This document shows, piece by piece, positions 14,586 through 28,664 of a stretch of DNA of 64,000 bases. The notes under the pieces were generated by a model that had not been told where the DNA came from, ran no database searches, and saw nothing but the letters and a program-made list of their open reading frames with translations. The translations under genes were made by a program, and so were the position numbers. The stretch is taken from assembly GCF_009914755.1 (NCBI RefSeq), contig NC_060934.1; one strand, written 5' to 3'. The stretch is from the human T2T-CHM13v2.0 reference genome, Homo sapiens. Numbering within the stretch: position 1 is the first letter of the stretch; every line of letters begins with the position of its first letter.

Positions 14586-15699
14586 TATGAACATTCATAT
14601 ACACGCACATAGAGGCATTTAAATGACTGATGTACACAGTCTGAATGCTGATACAACATCCACAAATTTAAGGAGAAATGCAATCATAGAAACCACTCAT
14701 GAGTTGGCAGAGCTGATGCATCCTATGTTTGCTCTAATTGCAATATGGCTAGATAGCAATTTAAAAGATTCAACAATTATTTAACATTTGAGAAGCCAAG
14801 TTGATTTGAGGCTGTTTTTAGAAATAGAATATGTTCACACGTGGTAAAATTTCGAGAGTCGTATTCAAACCAAGCCACCAAATCATTTCAGTCGCCTTTC
14901 AAAGATGCACCTACCGATGGCATGGTTCCAGATGTATCAATGACAAGTGAGATTAAAAAAAAAATCACATGTTCTTCCCACTCACAACTAGCTTTAAGTC
15001 TGGTGATAGAAACAGGTGTGTGAGCAATACATTATATTAGGAGACAAACAGCAGCCTAAATAACATGCTCAGGCTACACCAGTCGAATGTAATGTGCTGA
15101 GCCTGGGGTGCCCAGTGTGGCCCTCGACGAGGGCACTAGCACCGATGGGAGAAGCTCCACCATCACTTAATGAAGACAAGTCCTGCCTTGCTGGCATATG
15201 ATAAGCTTTAGTCTTGCTCCAAAACTACAGCAGCGGCAGTAACAACAACCCGTAACATAGCAGAGCTCTCCATTCATCCCTCCATGTGCCAGATGCTGAG
15301 GGGAGTAGTGAGATGGGAGTGTGAGCCCCACCTGCATGAACCTACGCCAACCAACCGAGAGATGAGGCTCCATCAGGGCATCGGGTTCAGGCTGGGGCAG
15401 GAGGCCAGACTTCCCTGAGAACGTAATATTCAAACGGAGACGAGAAGGAGAGTAGAATATGTGAAAGTGGTGATTTGGGGAAGAGCTTTGAGCCTTGAGC
15501 TGTGGGAGGAAGGCCCATGAGGCTGGAATAAGGCAAGAGAGGGGCAGAGTGATGGGGGAGAAGGCTGGAGAGGCCAGGACGGGCCAGACAGAACCCAGCG
15601 GCTGTGCACCTGCTGACCATGTGCCATGGGACGTCATTGGAGGGCTTTACAAAGGGGAAAGATATCATCTTACTAATGTTTTTAAAAGTTTTTTATGCT

Positions 15700-16670
15700 T
15701 CCTCAACATATTAAACATGGAATTACCGTGTGATCCAGCAGTTCTACTTCTGGGTATATACCAAAAAGAATAAAAAGTAGGGACTCAAACATATTTATAC
15801 CCTAGCGTTCATAACAGTGTTATTCATAATAGCCAAAAGGTGGAAGTGAAGTAACCCCAGTGTCCACTGATGGAGAATGGATAGGAAAGGGATGGTCTGT
15901 TCACACAATGGAATATTATTCAGCCTTAAAAAGGGAAGGAAATTCTGGCACATGCTACAGCGTGGATGAACCTTGAAGACAACATGCTGAGTGAAATAAG
16001 CCAGACATAAAAGGACAAATACTGTGTGATACCACTCCCATGAGGTCCCTAGAATATTCAACTCAAGGAGACAGAGAGTAGAGAGGTGGTGGCCAGGGGC
16101 TGGGGGAGATGGGAGCATGGAGAGTTATGTTTCCTGGGGACAGAGTTTCAGTTTGGGAAGAAGTAAAAGTTCTGGAGGTGGGTGGTGGGAATGTTTGCAC
16201 AACAATTTGAATGTACTTAATGCCACGAAACTGCACACTTAAATATGGTTGAAGTGGGCCAGGTGCGGTGACTCATGCCCATAATCCCAGCACTTTGGGA
16301 GGCCGAGGTGGGTAGATCACTTGAGGTCAGGAGTTTGGGACCAACCTGACCAACATGGTGAAACCCTGTCTCTACTAAAAAACAAACAAACAAACAAAAA
16401 ACTCAAAAATTAGCCAGCTGTCGTGGTGCGTGCCTGTAATCCCAGCTACTCAAGAGGTTGAGACAGGAGAATCGGTTGAACCCAGGGGGCGAAGGTTGCA
16501 GTGAGCTGAGACTGCACTACTGCACTTTAGCTTGGGTGACAGAGCAAGACCCATCTCAAAAAACAAAAAAATCTATATCTATATCTATATCTCTCTCTAT
16601 CTCTATCTCTATCTATCTATATATATGGTTAAAGGGGTAAGTTTTATGTTATGTATATTCTAACACATTA
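15700..16670 (+). mobile_element. L1MB 3' end interrupted by Alu
   Basis: ELPCDPAVLLLGIY remnant and L1MB 3'UTR motifs. Confidence 0.8.
16257..16620 (+). mobile_element. AluS with (ATCT/ATATCT)n-derived tail
   Basis: Full dimer; degenerate TSD ATATGGTT(G/A)AAG. Confidence 0.92.
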
Positions 16671-17384
16671 AAACAAAGCTCATCATGGGTGCTTTATGGG
16701 GAGCAGGGAGTGGGGGATGAGGGTGGGAAGGGAAACCAGTGTTGGGGGAACAAGCCTCCCGGGTCTTGCAGTAGCCCCACGAGGAGCCCAGGATGGCTGG
16801 GGCAGGATGGAGCAGCAGAGATGAAGGGAGTGGGTGGGTTCCCTGCTCACAGGTGAGGTGAGCTATGCTGGGCTGGGTGATGAACCAGATGGGAGGAGGT
16901 GGTGAGACAGGGGGAGAGCCAGGTGCCAGGGATAGCTGCTCCCTGTTCTGGCACCAGCAATGAGAAAATAAAAACACCACAGAGTGTGGCAGCAATCGCT
17001 GGGGGAGGGACACACTTGGTGGTGCGGGCAGGTGGGGCAGTGGGGGTTCAAGTGTTCAGGTTGGACACACACCACCTTTGAGATGACTACGAAAGACCCA
17101 AGGGTGGGCGTTAAATAGGGGGCTGGATACATAGGTCTGGAGCTCAGCAGGACGCGCCAGGAAGGAAATGGGAGATGATAGAATGGGAATGTCACGGAAA
17201 CCACAGGGAGAGAGGGGACTGCTCAGGTGGAGGGTGAAGGGCAGTAGGAAAAAATGCAGGCCAGGAGGTGCAACAAGCCTACACCAGGCCTGACTGGTCA
17301 GCCTTGAATCCCAGCAAATTAGCCTTTTCTCTTTAACCAGAGACATGAGCACTTGGATGAGAGTTGCCAGTCGCTAGATATTTA

Positions 17385-18030
17385 AAACTGCTAAGTGAAA
17401 TAAACTGGGTACAGAGAGACAAGCAATGCATGATCTCACTTTCATGTGGAATTTAAAACAATTTTTTGTTTTAATTTTTTTTGAGACGGAGTCTTGCTCT
17501 GTTGCCCAGGCTGGAGTGCAGTGGCGCAACCTCGGCTCACTGCAACCTCCATCTCCCAGGTTCAAAATTCTCCTGCCTCAGCCTCCCAAGTAGCTGAGAT
17601 TACAGGAGCCCATCACCATGCCCGGCTAATTTTTTTTTTTGTATTTTTAGTAGAGATGGAGCTTCACTATTTAAAACGATTTGAATTCACAGAAGTAGAG
17701 GGTAGAATGATGGCTACCAGAGGCTCGGGGAGAGGGAAGAAAGGGGAGTTATTGGTCAAAGAATACAATGTTTCAGCTCGACAGGAAAAATAGGTTTTGA
17801 GATCTATTGCACAGCAGAGTAACTACAGTCAATGATGCATATTTCAAAATAACTAAGTTATATGTAACAAAATAACTCAATGTATCATCACAGAAGATGT
17901 CAAGCAATTGAGGTGAGGGATTTGTTCATTAGCTTGATTTAATCACCCCACAATGTGTACATATATCAAAATATCTCATTATATGCCGTAAATGTAATGC
18001 AATTATGATCTGTCAATTAAAAATAATATA
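17385..18030 (+). mobile_element. L1MA 3' end interrupted by a partial Alu
   Basis: CTAAGTGAAATAA...GAGATCTATTGCACAGCA...TGTCAATTAAAAATAA. Confidence 0.75.
17470..17665 (-). mobile_element. Partial AluS
   Basis: Right arm plus linker only. Confidence 0.88.
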
Positions 18031-18704
18031 AAAATGCATGGAAACGAAGTACACAGGGCAGGCCTGCTAGTCCCACGGACCTCTGGTTCTCCAAGCTGCA
18101 AAATGCAGATGACTGGCTCCCTTGGTGGCAGGAGACAGGGTCAGGTTGGAACCTAAGTAGGCATTGAGTATCAGATCTTACTAAACCAACTCCATCAAAC
18201 CCTCTCTGCTTGGAGAGGCCCAGCATGAGAGAGAGCGAGACATAAAGGAAAAACAGTGATGGCTAGGAGGGAAAGGAGGTATAGAGCAGCAAGGTCCGCA
18301 GTCTACCTGAAATACAAAGGCTCTGTGTCTGTATGCCGTCTATTTTGTTTGCATAGCAATCCTCCTTTTCCTTCAATTAGTCTGACAGAGGCTTTGCTGA
18401 TCGCAGGCAAGAGAGTGAAGAAACGCCCACACAGCAAGCGTTCTCATCTTCGGGCAAGAGGCAATGCCAGTCTCCTATTATAATGGTCATAAAAATGTCA
18501 GTTACCGTACCATGTACATATGTTGAAGGAGAAATTCCTTCTTGCTCTCTCCTGGTCTCTCTTTTTTAATTGCAGGAGACTCCTTTTGGAGCTTAGAATT
18601 AGTTTGCATTTTCTGGACATGCTCCAGCTGGCCCCAAAGTGGGTAGCAGAGAGGAGCTAGTTGTAGAATAATGGAGATTTTCCTCAATATGTAAGAACTT
18701 CCCT

Positions 18705-19077
<373 letters not shown>

Positions 19078-19599
19078 TTAGGATGGGGTTACCATAATCT
19101 ATGCTGGCACAAGTGAGAAGTGGATGTCTGCTGGGGGCTGTCAGAAAAATTGGTGGGGAAAGAGCTCTGCTGCAGGTACCAGCGAGCCTTGAGATGTTGT
19201 GGACTGTTGGCAAGCTTTCCAGGCCTAGGAATTTAGGCCTGGCATCACCACGGCCTGGAGGGCAAAGGAGAAGGACTTCGGACCCAAATCCAAAAAAATG
19301 AAGTAGGGAGAGGAGGCCAGGTGGAGTTGGAGGGGTGGACAGGGGCTATGCATGTCTCTGGAACCAGGTTCAGGGCACCTAGAGTTTTGTGATGGAGTGC
19401 CAGGTGTAGGAGGGACATGGTAGATCCAGAGGTGCTGCATCCTGAGAGCCTCCTGCCTCCTGGGGCAGAGACACAGCGTGGGGAGGCTGATGGTCCTGAC
19501 GCTGGTGCCAGGCCTTCTGTGGCAGAGGATTCTCCTCTGCTTCCTGCCCAGCCCTGCATCTGAGGCCAGGATGTAGGCAGGCTCAAAGCAGGGTGAGGA

Positions 19600-19720
19600 C
19601 ATGTGTATATGCATATGTGTGCATGCGTGAGTGTGCACATTTGTTCACATGCATGCACACATCTGTGTGCATATTTGTGTATGTGCATGTGCATTTTGTG
19701 TGTGTGCACATGTGTGTGTT
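19600..19720. repeat. Degenerate (TG/CA)n alternating purine-pyrimidine tract
   Basis: Direct reading. Confidence 0.9.
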
Positions 19721-20669
19721 GCTTCCAATAATATCCCCACGTCTGGCCTTCCTACTGCACGCAGCCACATCTAGAGGCAGGCAGCTGAGCCAGGTGAACT
19801 GTCAATACCCATCTGGCTTTATTACAATGTGATTCGGGGACTCTGCAGAGAGCACTCTGCAGCAAAGTATGACATGGGATCTTTTTCAGCTATGGACTTG
19901 CCAGCAGTCTTCTGCAGCCATGTCTTCTGGGCCAGCCTTGTAGGGAATTGCCCCTCCCTATTCCTGCCCAGCCTGGTTCCATCTGGTTGCTGTCAGGCTC
20001 CCAGCTGCTGGGTGGAGAACTGCAGTGGCAGAGTTTGCTCATCTGGATGCTTAATAAGCAGGCACCCTCCCTATGCCAAAGCAAAGCCTGCAAGAGAGGA
20101 CTCTGATGGGTTGTGGGCAAGAGCAGCATTGGCTTTGCGATCCCCAATCTCATCGTGACCTCCTGGGTAGGGGAAAGGGAGCCCCTGGCAGAGGCTGTGG
20201 CCTCCTCTTCACTGGCAAGATGTGGACTTTTCCTCCTAGTTATGAAAGGGCCATGGGGCATGTCACACATTGAGGGAGGTCTAAGAAAAGGAAACTGCCA
20301 CCCATGTTTGACTGTGATGACACTGGTAGAAATGCCATCCCGGAAGCAAGGATAGAGACCGCCTTCTCCCTCCCCTTGCGTTTGTTTCCATGTGCTTGTT
20401 CCCATTGGGAGTGGGAGGATGAGTTTAGAGAGTATTGAGATGATGCCTTTATTTAGGTGAAGCAGAGCTTGGCCAAGTCTAAAGTCAAGCTCTATAGATG
20501 GAGCCTCGCTAGAGGGCTGCCTCTGAGGAGCTAGGATTGCTTATAAGAACCAGGGAGGAGGAAAGACAGTGGAAAGGGGTAGGCAGGGATGCAGGCTGCC
20601 CATGGAGCAAGGTGGAGAACCTGTCACAGGGTACCCGGCCTTTTACAAGGGCTTTTCGGGGAAGGAGCT

Positions 20670-21170
20670 GTATCAGAGGCTGTTACTTGCCTCCTCAATA
20701 TCCATTCTTCCCTACTGTTGCTATCACAGGAAGGTGAACATGTGCCCAGCTAAAAGCCTATATTTCAGTGTCCCTTGCTGGAATTGTGGCCAAGGAGATG
20801 TAAGTGGAAGTCACTGGATGGGATTCTGGGAAGGCTTTGTGAAGGTGGCTGACCCAGCTGGAAAAAGTGACCTTTTGTACTTCTGTCTTCTCCTTTTTTG
20901 TATCTGCAAAGAAGTGGAATGACTGGAGCTCCAGCAGCCATCTTGTGCCTATGAGGTGAGTTCTGGAGAACAAAATCCCACAGCCGAAGGTGGTGGAGCA
21001 GAATGATATAGGGTACCTGGTTCCTGCTGACAATGTGGAGCCCTCCTATGCTCCCTGGTCATCTCTCCTCAGACCATGCCATGTGAAAGAAAGTCATCCC
21101 ATAATGTGATTAAGCCATGCTTACTTTGGGTCTCTGCTTATAGCAGACAAAAGCCATTTCTAGATAATTC
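20670..21170 (+). mobile_element. Old MLT1 LTR
   Basis: TGACTGGAGCTCCAGCAGCCATCTTG motif. Confidence 0.6.
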
Positions 21171-21654
21171 AGGAGACTAGGCAATACAGACTAGCCTGCT
21201 TGCAAGACAGGCTTTCTTAGTCAAGCCTAGGTCTTCACATAGGACTCTTATTCAAGGAATTAGACTGAGAAAAAAGGCAAAGAGGAATCTACATGAAAGA
21301 GTGTATTGTGGTGAAAGTTAAACAGTCAAAAATAAACAGTAGTGTCGTTAACAAAATGCCCTTCTCAGTGTGCTCAAACACTTCAGAGTCCTGTTTTCTC
21401 AGAATCAGGGGATTGAAAATGACCTTAAATATAATTTAATTTGTTTAGCCCCACTCCCCTTTTTTCTTTTCTCTTTTCCCCTTTTCTCACCCACAGAAAG
21501 TCAGTGTCCTTCTGTTTGTGCCTGCTGGCCTTTTGCTGCCAATATCTGAGCAAAGTTGCTCCATATGACCCTGTGATATTGGCAGATCACAAGATTTGTC
21601 TCAAGTCATTCAGTATCAGATCCCAGAAGTAGCAACTCTTCTTTTGCTGATGCC

Positions 21655-21980
21655 TATCCATCTATTTGTCTATCTCTCCATCCATCTATCTACTTATCCA
21701 TCCATCTGTCCATCCATCCATCCATCCATCCATCCATCCATTTTCATCCATCCATCCATCCATCCATCCATCCATCCATCCATCCATACATCTATCTACT
21801 TATCCATCCATCTGTTCATCCATCCATTGATCCATCCATCCATCCATCCATCCATCCATCCATCCATCCATCCATGCATCCATCCATCCATCCATCCATC
21901 CATCCATCCATCCATCCATCCACCCATCCATCCATGCATCCTTCCATCCATTTGTTCATCCACCCATCCATCCATCTATC
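21655..21980 (+). repeat. (CCAT)n tetranucleotide repeat, imperfect
   Basis: Direct reading. Confidence 0.95.
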
Positions 21981-23258
21981 TTCTCTCTCTCTCTCAATCG
22001 TCTGTTTATTGGTTGTTTCAAGCACTGCGGCTACACAATTTAAATACATAATCTTCACAACAACCCTATGAGCCTTGTTATCTCCACTCCACAAATTAAG
22101 AAATGAGGCTAAAGATAATAAAGTAATTTGCCTAAGGTCAAAGAGCTAAATGCAGGATAAGGTTGGAAGTGTCAATGTGGTTCCAAAGAACCCAACACAC
22201 TGAACCACTTTGCTAGGATGGCTTGTCATGGGTTATACTTCCACATGACAAACAAATAGAGAATTCATTCCAGCCAACACACGCTGATTGCACAAACATA
22301 AAAACAGATCTTGTAAAAATATATATTTGATGGGCTTCCAGGTAAAGACTTTTGTACAGCCTATCATGATTTACTCTGGCCTCAAAAACTTGCTTTAAAA
22401 GCCCAGAAAAAAAAAAGTGTGATGTTAAAAGTCTTTGGGTCAGTTGGGTAAGAGGACATCACCAGAGTGGCAAATCCCAATGAAATGGAAGCTCCATGGC
22501 CAATAGAAATGGACCCTTGTTAGATTGTGGCTTATTGTAGCAATTCAAATATATTCACCTTTCAAATCATGTCTTTTCCAGGTATTATGACCACACAGGG
22601 GAAAGCCAGGTTAGCCCCCATCTTAGAGGATGGTCCTTTTCTGGATCACCAGGTTATAAATTTGTCCTACGACATAGGTTAGCGTGTACTCTTGGCCCTT
22701 CAAAGGATGTGGTATTTTGGTGTTGACCTTCAAGACGTTCCATAGTATGTAGTCGTTTTAATTTTGCAGAGGTACAAGTTCAAGGGATATCTGAGATGAG
22801 ATATTTAGCTAGTGAGGAGGCAAGGGGGTTAGCGAACCCCGTAAAGCTCTTCAGGTGATGAAACGTTGTTAAAAGTATAGAGAGCAATTTGGTAAGAGAC
22901 AAAAACTTAATGAAATTTGAAAAGACCATTATCTTGTAGGATGGGGATATTTATAGGAAGGGTGACTCAGGGGGCAGGGACTGCTGGGAAAAGCCAGGAA
23001 CCTGTAGAATCATTAGGATCCAGTCATTTGGAGCTTCCTCCAGGTCTGGGAAGACATTCTTTCCCAGTTCCCAAGGGCCATTGCACTCTGATTTGGAAAC
23101 AAATAATTTAGGATGAGTATAAAAATGATAAAACTTGCTCATCAAAGTGACATTTTAGACATAGCTAAATATTACCACATACCATATTATACTGTCATAG
23201 TTTCCCACCATTTTTTGTTCCTTGGAATAAGGCAACTTATAAATACTCTACATTATGG

Positions 23259-23567
<309 letters not shown>

Positions 23568-25479
23568 TATATTATATGTTTTTGCTGCTTCTGTTGGGGA
23601 AGAATTTGGTGTTTTATCTGAGAGAGATGACAGGAACCTTGGCCAGATGCCACCCCCAGAAACTCAGTGTCCTTCTGTTGGTAGCTGCTTGCCTCTTTGC
23701 TGCCCCTATCAGAGCAGAGTTGTTCATTTGCTTCTCTGAGCACATCTTGTATGGAGTCTCGGGCCCCAGACAGCAGGGCTGCAAATGACACACTCAGCTG
23801 CAAGGCAGCAGTGATCTGTGGACGAGATTCAAATCCAGAGAAAAAAACGGGAGCCTCGAACTGCATCTGAAAACCAGCGAGAAAGAAGCAAATTCCTGTG
23901 AAATGGCACAGGCATCACTTCAGCGTTGACTCATTCTGCTCAAACCTGTCACCGCTCACACGGGAGTGGTCGTTGGAATAAGGGACTTCTCCTCAGGTGA
24001 ATGACAAAGAAACACAGATTTGGATTTGCCCAGGTGTCTGGAGAGGAGGCTGCCCCTGGATGCCGCGCCCCACTGTGCAGAAAGGGGATGCCCGGGGCAT
24101 TGTCACCGCAGCGAGTCTGCACCTACCATCCTCTGGCCCCTTTCTGCCACCTCTGCAGCCTCTCCAATTAAATTTTAAAAAAGTAAAAGTGGGGACAAGA
24201 ATCATCTGCCTGCCTGTGTTTGGCCCTCCTTCCAAGTTTTTGTGTTCTGTTTGAAATCAAACTTATGCTTTCTTCCAAAATGAATGACAGAGAAAAAAGA
24301 AAAAGCCACCCAGGCTTGAAAAGTGGTAGCTTCTTGCCGCCGACTTCCTGCCAGTGCCAAGTCAGAGGGAGCTCTGCGTGTCCTCAGTTCACCCTCGCCA
24401 GGCCACACCGCATGCAAATAAGAAGCTGTTTCAGTGTCTGCCCATCTGAGACGCTGACATAAAAAAGGAAGAAAGAAAGGAAAAAAACCACCGTCACCAC
24501 CAACAAAAAAACCCAAAACTGATTAATTCTCGTAGATTGCAGCAGAGCAGGGGGCCTGGTGGTGACACATCCTGTTTTGCTGTTCAAGTTGTCATCCCCC
24601 AAGCCAATAAGCTCCCTCATGAACGGCACCAGTTATGAAGGGTGACAAAGAATTCAAAACACTCACAGGACAATTTTCCTAACCCTTGGTCTCTCAGAAT
24701 GCTATTTTTTAGGCTAATTTGTTTTGATGAGAAAACTATGCCTGCTAGGCCTATTTTTAAGCCAGATTTGAAGTCAACGCAGTTGGTATTTGATCTTGCA
24801 AGAACGACAGAGGTGTCAGCAGCAGCTCTGCCATTTAAGAGCTGTAGCCTGGTGGGACACCGTCCTGCAACCAGGGCCCTAGCACAAGAAGTATCTCTGT
24901 TGTTATTTGCTTCTCTTCTTTGAGATCCATACTTGATTTGAAAAATCACCACTTGAGCGGCACCTGGTGATTACGTAACCATTCAACTCTGTGTTTTATC
25001 CTAGGGCTAGGTAAGAAATTGAAAATCCAGCCTGAAATAATTAGTTTAGCTGCAGACAGGGTGTATTAAACAGACTCAATTTAATAGAGCTAGAACCATA
25101 AGATGAATGTATTTATCTTCAATCAAAGATGACATGTTGGACAGATTCCTTCATTCATCACTTTTCTGTTATGTTTAGCCCTAAGGAAAGTCTTTTTTAG
25201 ATACGTAAGATGCACCTTCAGGGTTAAAGCATCTAGTCCAGTCTGAATAAAACATCAAAAGCACCTACAATCCCAAGCTCCTTCAAGAACTTTGCAGGCA
25301 GTCTTCAGGTGAGTTTGGTAAGACTATTAATCGGAGTAATGAAATAAAGTATTATCACATCTATTTATTTTTCTCATTTTCTTTTAACTTCTCTTTTGTG
25401 TATGTTCTAAAATACACATAATTTTCAGTTCATAGGGCATTTTCCCCTTGTAAGTAAATATGAATATATTTCAGAGTGA

Positions 25480-25800
<321 letters not shown>

Positions 25801-27574
25801 ACAAGGTAGGCAAAAGTTAAAAACAAAAAAACAAAAAAACAAAAAAAAATTTGGAATAGTCTGTAACAGAGGAGGGCTTGAAGAGAAGTGAGGTGATTTG
25901 CAGAAGCATCAGCCAGGAGGCATTCCTCCAGGAGAAAAATTTTTACTTAAAGGAGAGAGCTTAGTGATGGAGAAGGAAAAGATCTCGACAGACATTCAAG
26001 ATTAGAATCATAAGTTGGCCATTGATTGGGTGTGGCTCTGGGAAGTGGAGGTGCTGTGGGCAGGGGCTGGCTTGGGCAATGAGAAAATGGTGTTGCTTAT
26101 GTGCCCACTCTGTGCTGGGACTCAGCTGTGAGTGCCTCCAAATTCACCACATTTATCAAACCTCAGTGCTCTGAGACAGCATATGATGGCCTAGCAGGAT
26201 GTCCATTCTTTTCCTGGAACCACCCATCCAGTTATCTCCTTGAGTCGCCTGGGCGGTGAAAAGTGGTCTCATGCACAATGGATGCGGTGTGATCCCCTTG
26301 CTATGTCACGCATGGCGTCTGCCCTCTTCCCTGGCACCTGTGCCACTCCAGGTTATGCCTGTGCTGCTGCCCATTCTACGCCCACCTGGAAAGCCTGAAA
26401 CCTTCTCGTGCCTTCTACTGCAGCTGGGGAGCTTCTTCCACGTCTCATAGCCAGCTTCTCCAGAGGGAACTCCCAGAGCTGACTGTACTTTCCTACCTCA
26501 GCCTCTTCTTCCTGGGATGGTGTCAAAATATGAACAGATACAGCTTCATGCTTTCAGGAAACCACCTTCTCTTCCATCTTCTCCTTTGGCCTGCTCAGAC
26601 AGCCAGACTTCTTAAACATATTTTTCCTACAGGCTCATGCAAATTAAGGGATGTGGCTGAGCATCTCCTTCAGTGCCCTCAAACAGGTCATGAATGTTGC
26701 AAAGCCCAGAATCGTGCTAACCTGGTAGAAGGCTGGTTTAGCCAGAACACACAGAGAGGACCTTCTCATGATGGTGTGGCTGAATTCCACATGTCACTAA
26801 CAGTATCTTGCCCTGACCCGACTCCAAGTACTGATCCCCAAGGAAGGCATAATAGAGAGCCCATCTTGGGGAGGGATGATGACTTCATGTGCAAACAAGT
26901 CAAATTCAGGATGTGTGTTGTGGGCAGAGATGGCAATGCCCAGTCATCTGTTAGGTATACAGGTCCGCTGTACAGGAGAAAAATCAGAACAGAATTTCTA
27001 TTTGTAGTGTTTCTTTTAGAGACTAGGGAATTGAAACCACAGGTGAATAAGAATGTACAAGGAACCAGGCCTTCTTGAAGAAATAGCTGAACCAAATTGG
27101 TGTCAGGAGCTGTACAAGGGGATCCAAGAATGTCTTGTCATACAAGCCGGACAGCTATTAAAGACAACTGAGGTCATGGCAAAAGGGCCCAGGCTTCTAC
27201 TGGCCAACAATGAGACAATTTGAGCATCCCAAAGAATAATGACTTTAGTGGACTGGAACACATCAACATGTATACATCCATGAATTCATAATACTCAAAA
27301 CGGTAAAACCAAACTCATTTGTTACCTTTGGAGGAGTCTGTCACCTCTGATTATTCTGAAAACTGGTAAATAGAAGGGGAAAATTCAAGCATTTATTCTG
27401 CTTTTCTTGTATAAACTGTACCTCACAGTTACGGAAGAGCTGATAAGGGAAATGTCTTCTTTATTGAAAAATTCAGCTGATACATTTGGAAGGAATGAGA
27501 GAATTAGAGTACCACCATTAGGTGACAATGAGGGTCTGGTTTTTTATTTTTCTTTTGCTGAGTGCTGGGAACAT

Positions 27575-28130
27575 AGTGATAACAAAAAAAGCCATAGTGT
27601 TCTGGCCCTTCTGGAGTTTTGATTCTAGCACATTAACCAAATAATCCCAGAGCAAAAATAAAATGTCAACTATGGTAAGTGTAGAGAAGGGAAAATACAC
27701 AGAACTTTTAACAGCTTAGATCCGAGGAAGCTGACCAGCCTGCAAAAAGGGACAGCTTCCCTAGGGAAGTGACTTTGCAGCTGTGATGATGGATGACTAA
27801 GAGTTAACCAAGGAATGGGAGGAGGGAGGAGGAGACAGAGAAGGCTTTCCAAGCAGAAGCCAGAGCATGTGCAAAGATCCTGTGGCAAGAAGGAGCCTGG
27901 TGCAGGGGAGGAACGAAGAGACATGCAAGCTGGCTGGAGTGCAGAGAGGGAGACAGGCAGGCAGGTGGTTGGATGGGGAGGCAAGGATCAGATCCTGAGT
28001 CCCTTGGAGAAGCAGGAAGGCATCATGATGACTAATGTCAGAGGCAGGGGAGGACAGGTAGGGATAGACAGGGAAGCAGTGCTGGGAAGATGCTAAAATG
28101 CTGCAGTTTGTGCTTGGAAAGATCATGGCC
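27575..28130 (-). mobile_element. L2 fragment (others at about 10985-11100, 15380-15690, 16990-17200, 28665-28770, 39640-39980)
   Basis: Typical L2 motifs such as CATGTGCAAAG.CCCTG.GG and GGCTGGAGTG.AG. Confidence 0.65.
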
Positions 28131-28606
28131 TGGTTCTTCCATTGTCATGATGGGTTGTTCTCTTTCTTATTGTTTTTCTAATTTGTCTTGACTAATGGAG
28201 AAGATCAGGAGCTCAAAAATAGAGGTTGTTTACAGCACTCAGTTTGGCTGCTATAGGTTAATGGGCTTAGACTCTTTAAGGGGATTAGGCTTTTGCTCAG
28301 AGACCAGTGGAGTATTCTAGCCAGGCTGTCTTGTGAAGGTGGTATGTTAAGAACTAGGTTTGTCTGATTTCTCAAATTAAAATGTGGTACATCAAATTAA
28401 ATTTGAATTTCAGATAAATAACAACTAATTTCAGATGTGTCAGATAAAGAATGGATATGGCTCTAGTACAATATGGGATAATGAATATTTTCAGATAAAT
28501 AGATGCCCTGTATTCTGTGTAGCAAGCATAACTAGAGAATCAATGTTAGTGCTCAAACTAAGAAGACTTTTGAGAAATTATCAGAGGTAAATACAAATAT
28601 ACATTT

Positions 28607-28664
28607 CCATCCATCCATCCATCCATCCATCCATCCATCCATCCATCCATCCATCCATCCATCC
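28607..28664 (+). repeat. Perfect (CCAT)14 STR
   Basis: Direct reading. Confidence 0.95.

Noticed and set aside
24545-24558. CTCF-like AGCAGGGGGCC
   Set aside because: Lacks the conserved 5' CC; too weak to call.
26530-27078. 182-aa + strand ORF
   Set aside because: No recognisable domain, and the 3' half overlaps degenerate L2-like sequence; likely a chance ORF.
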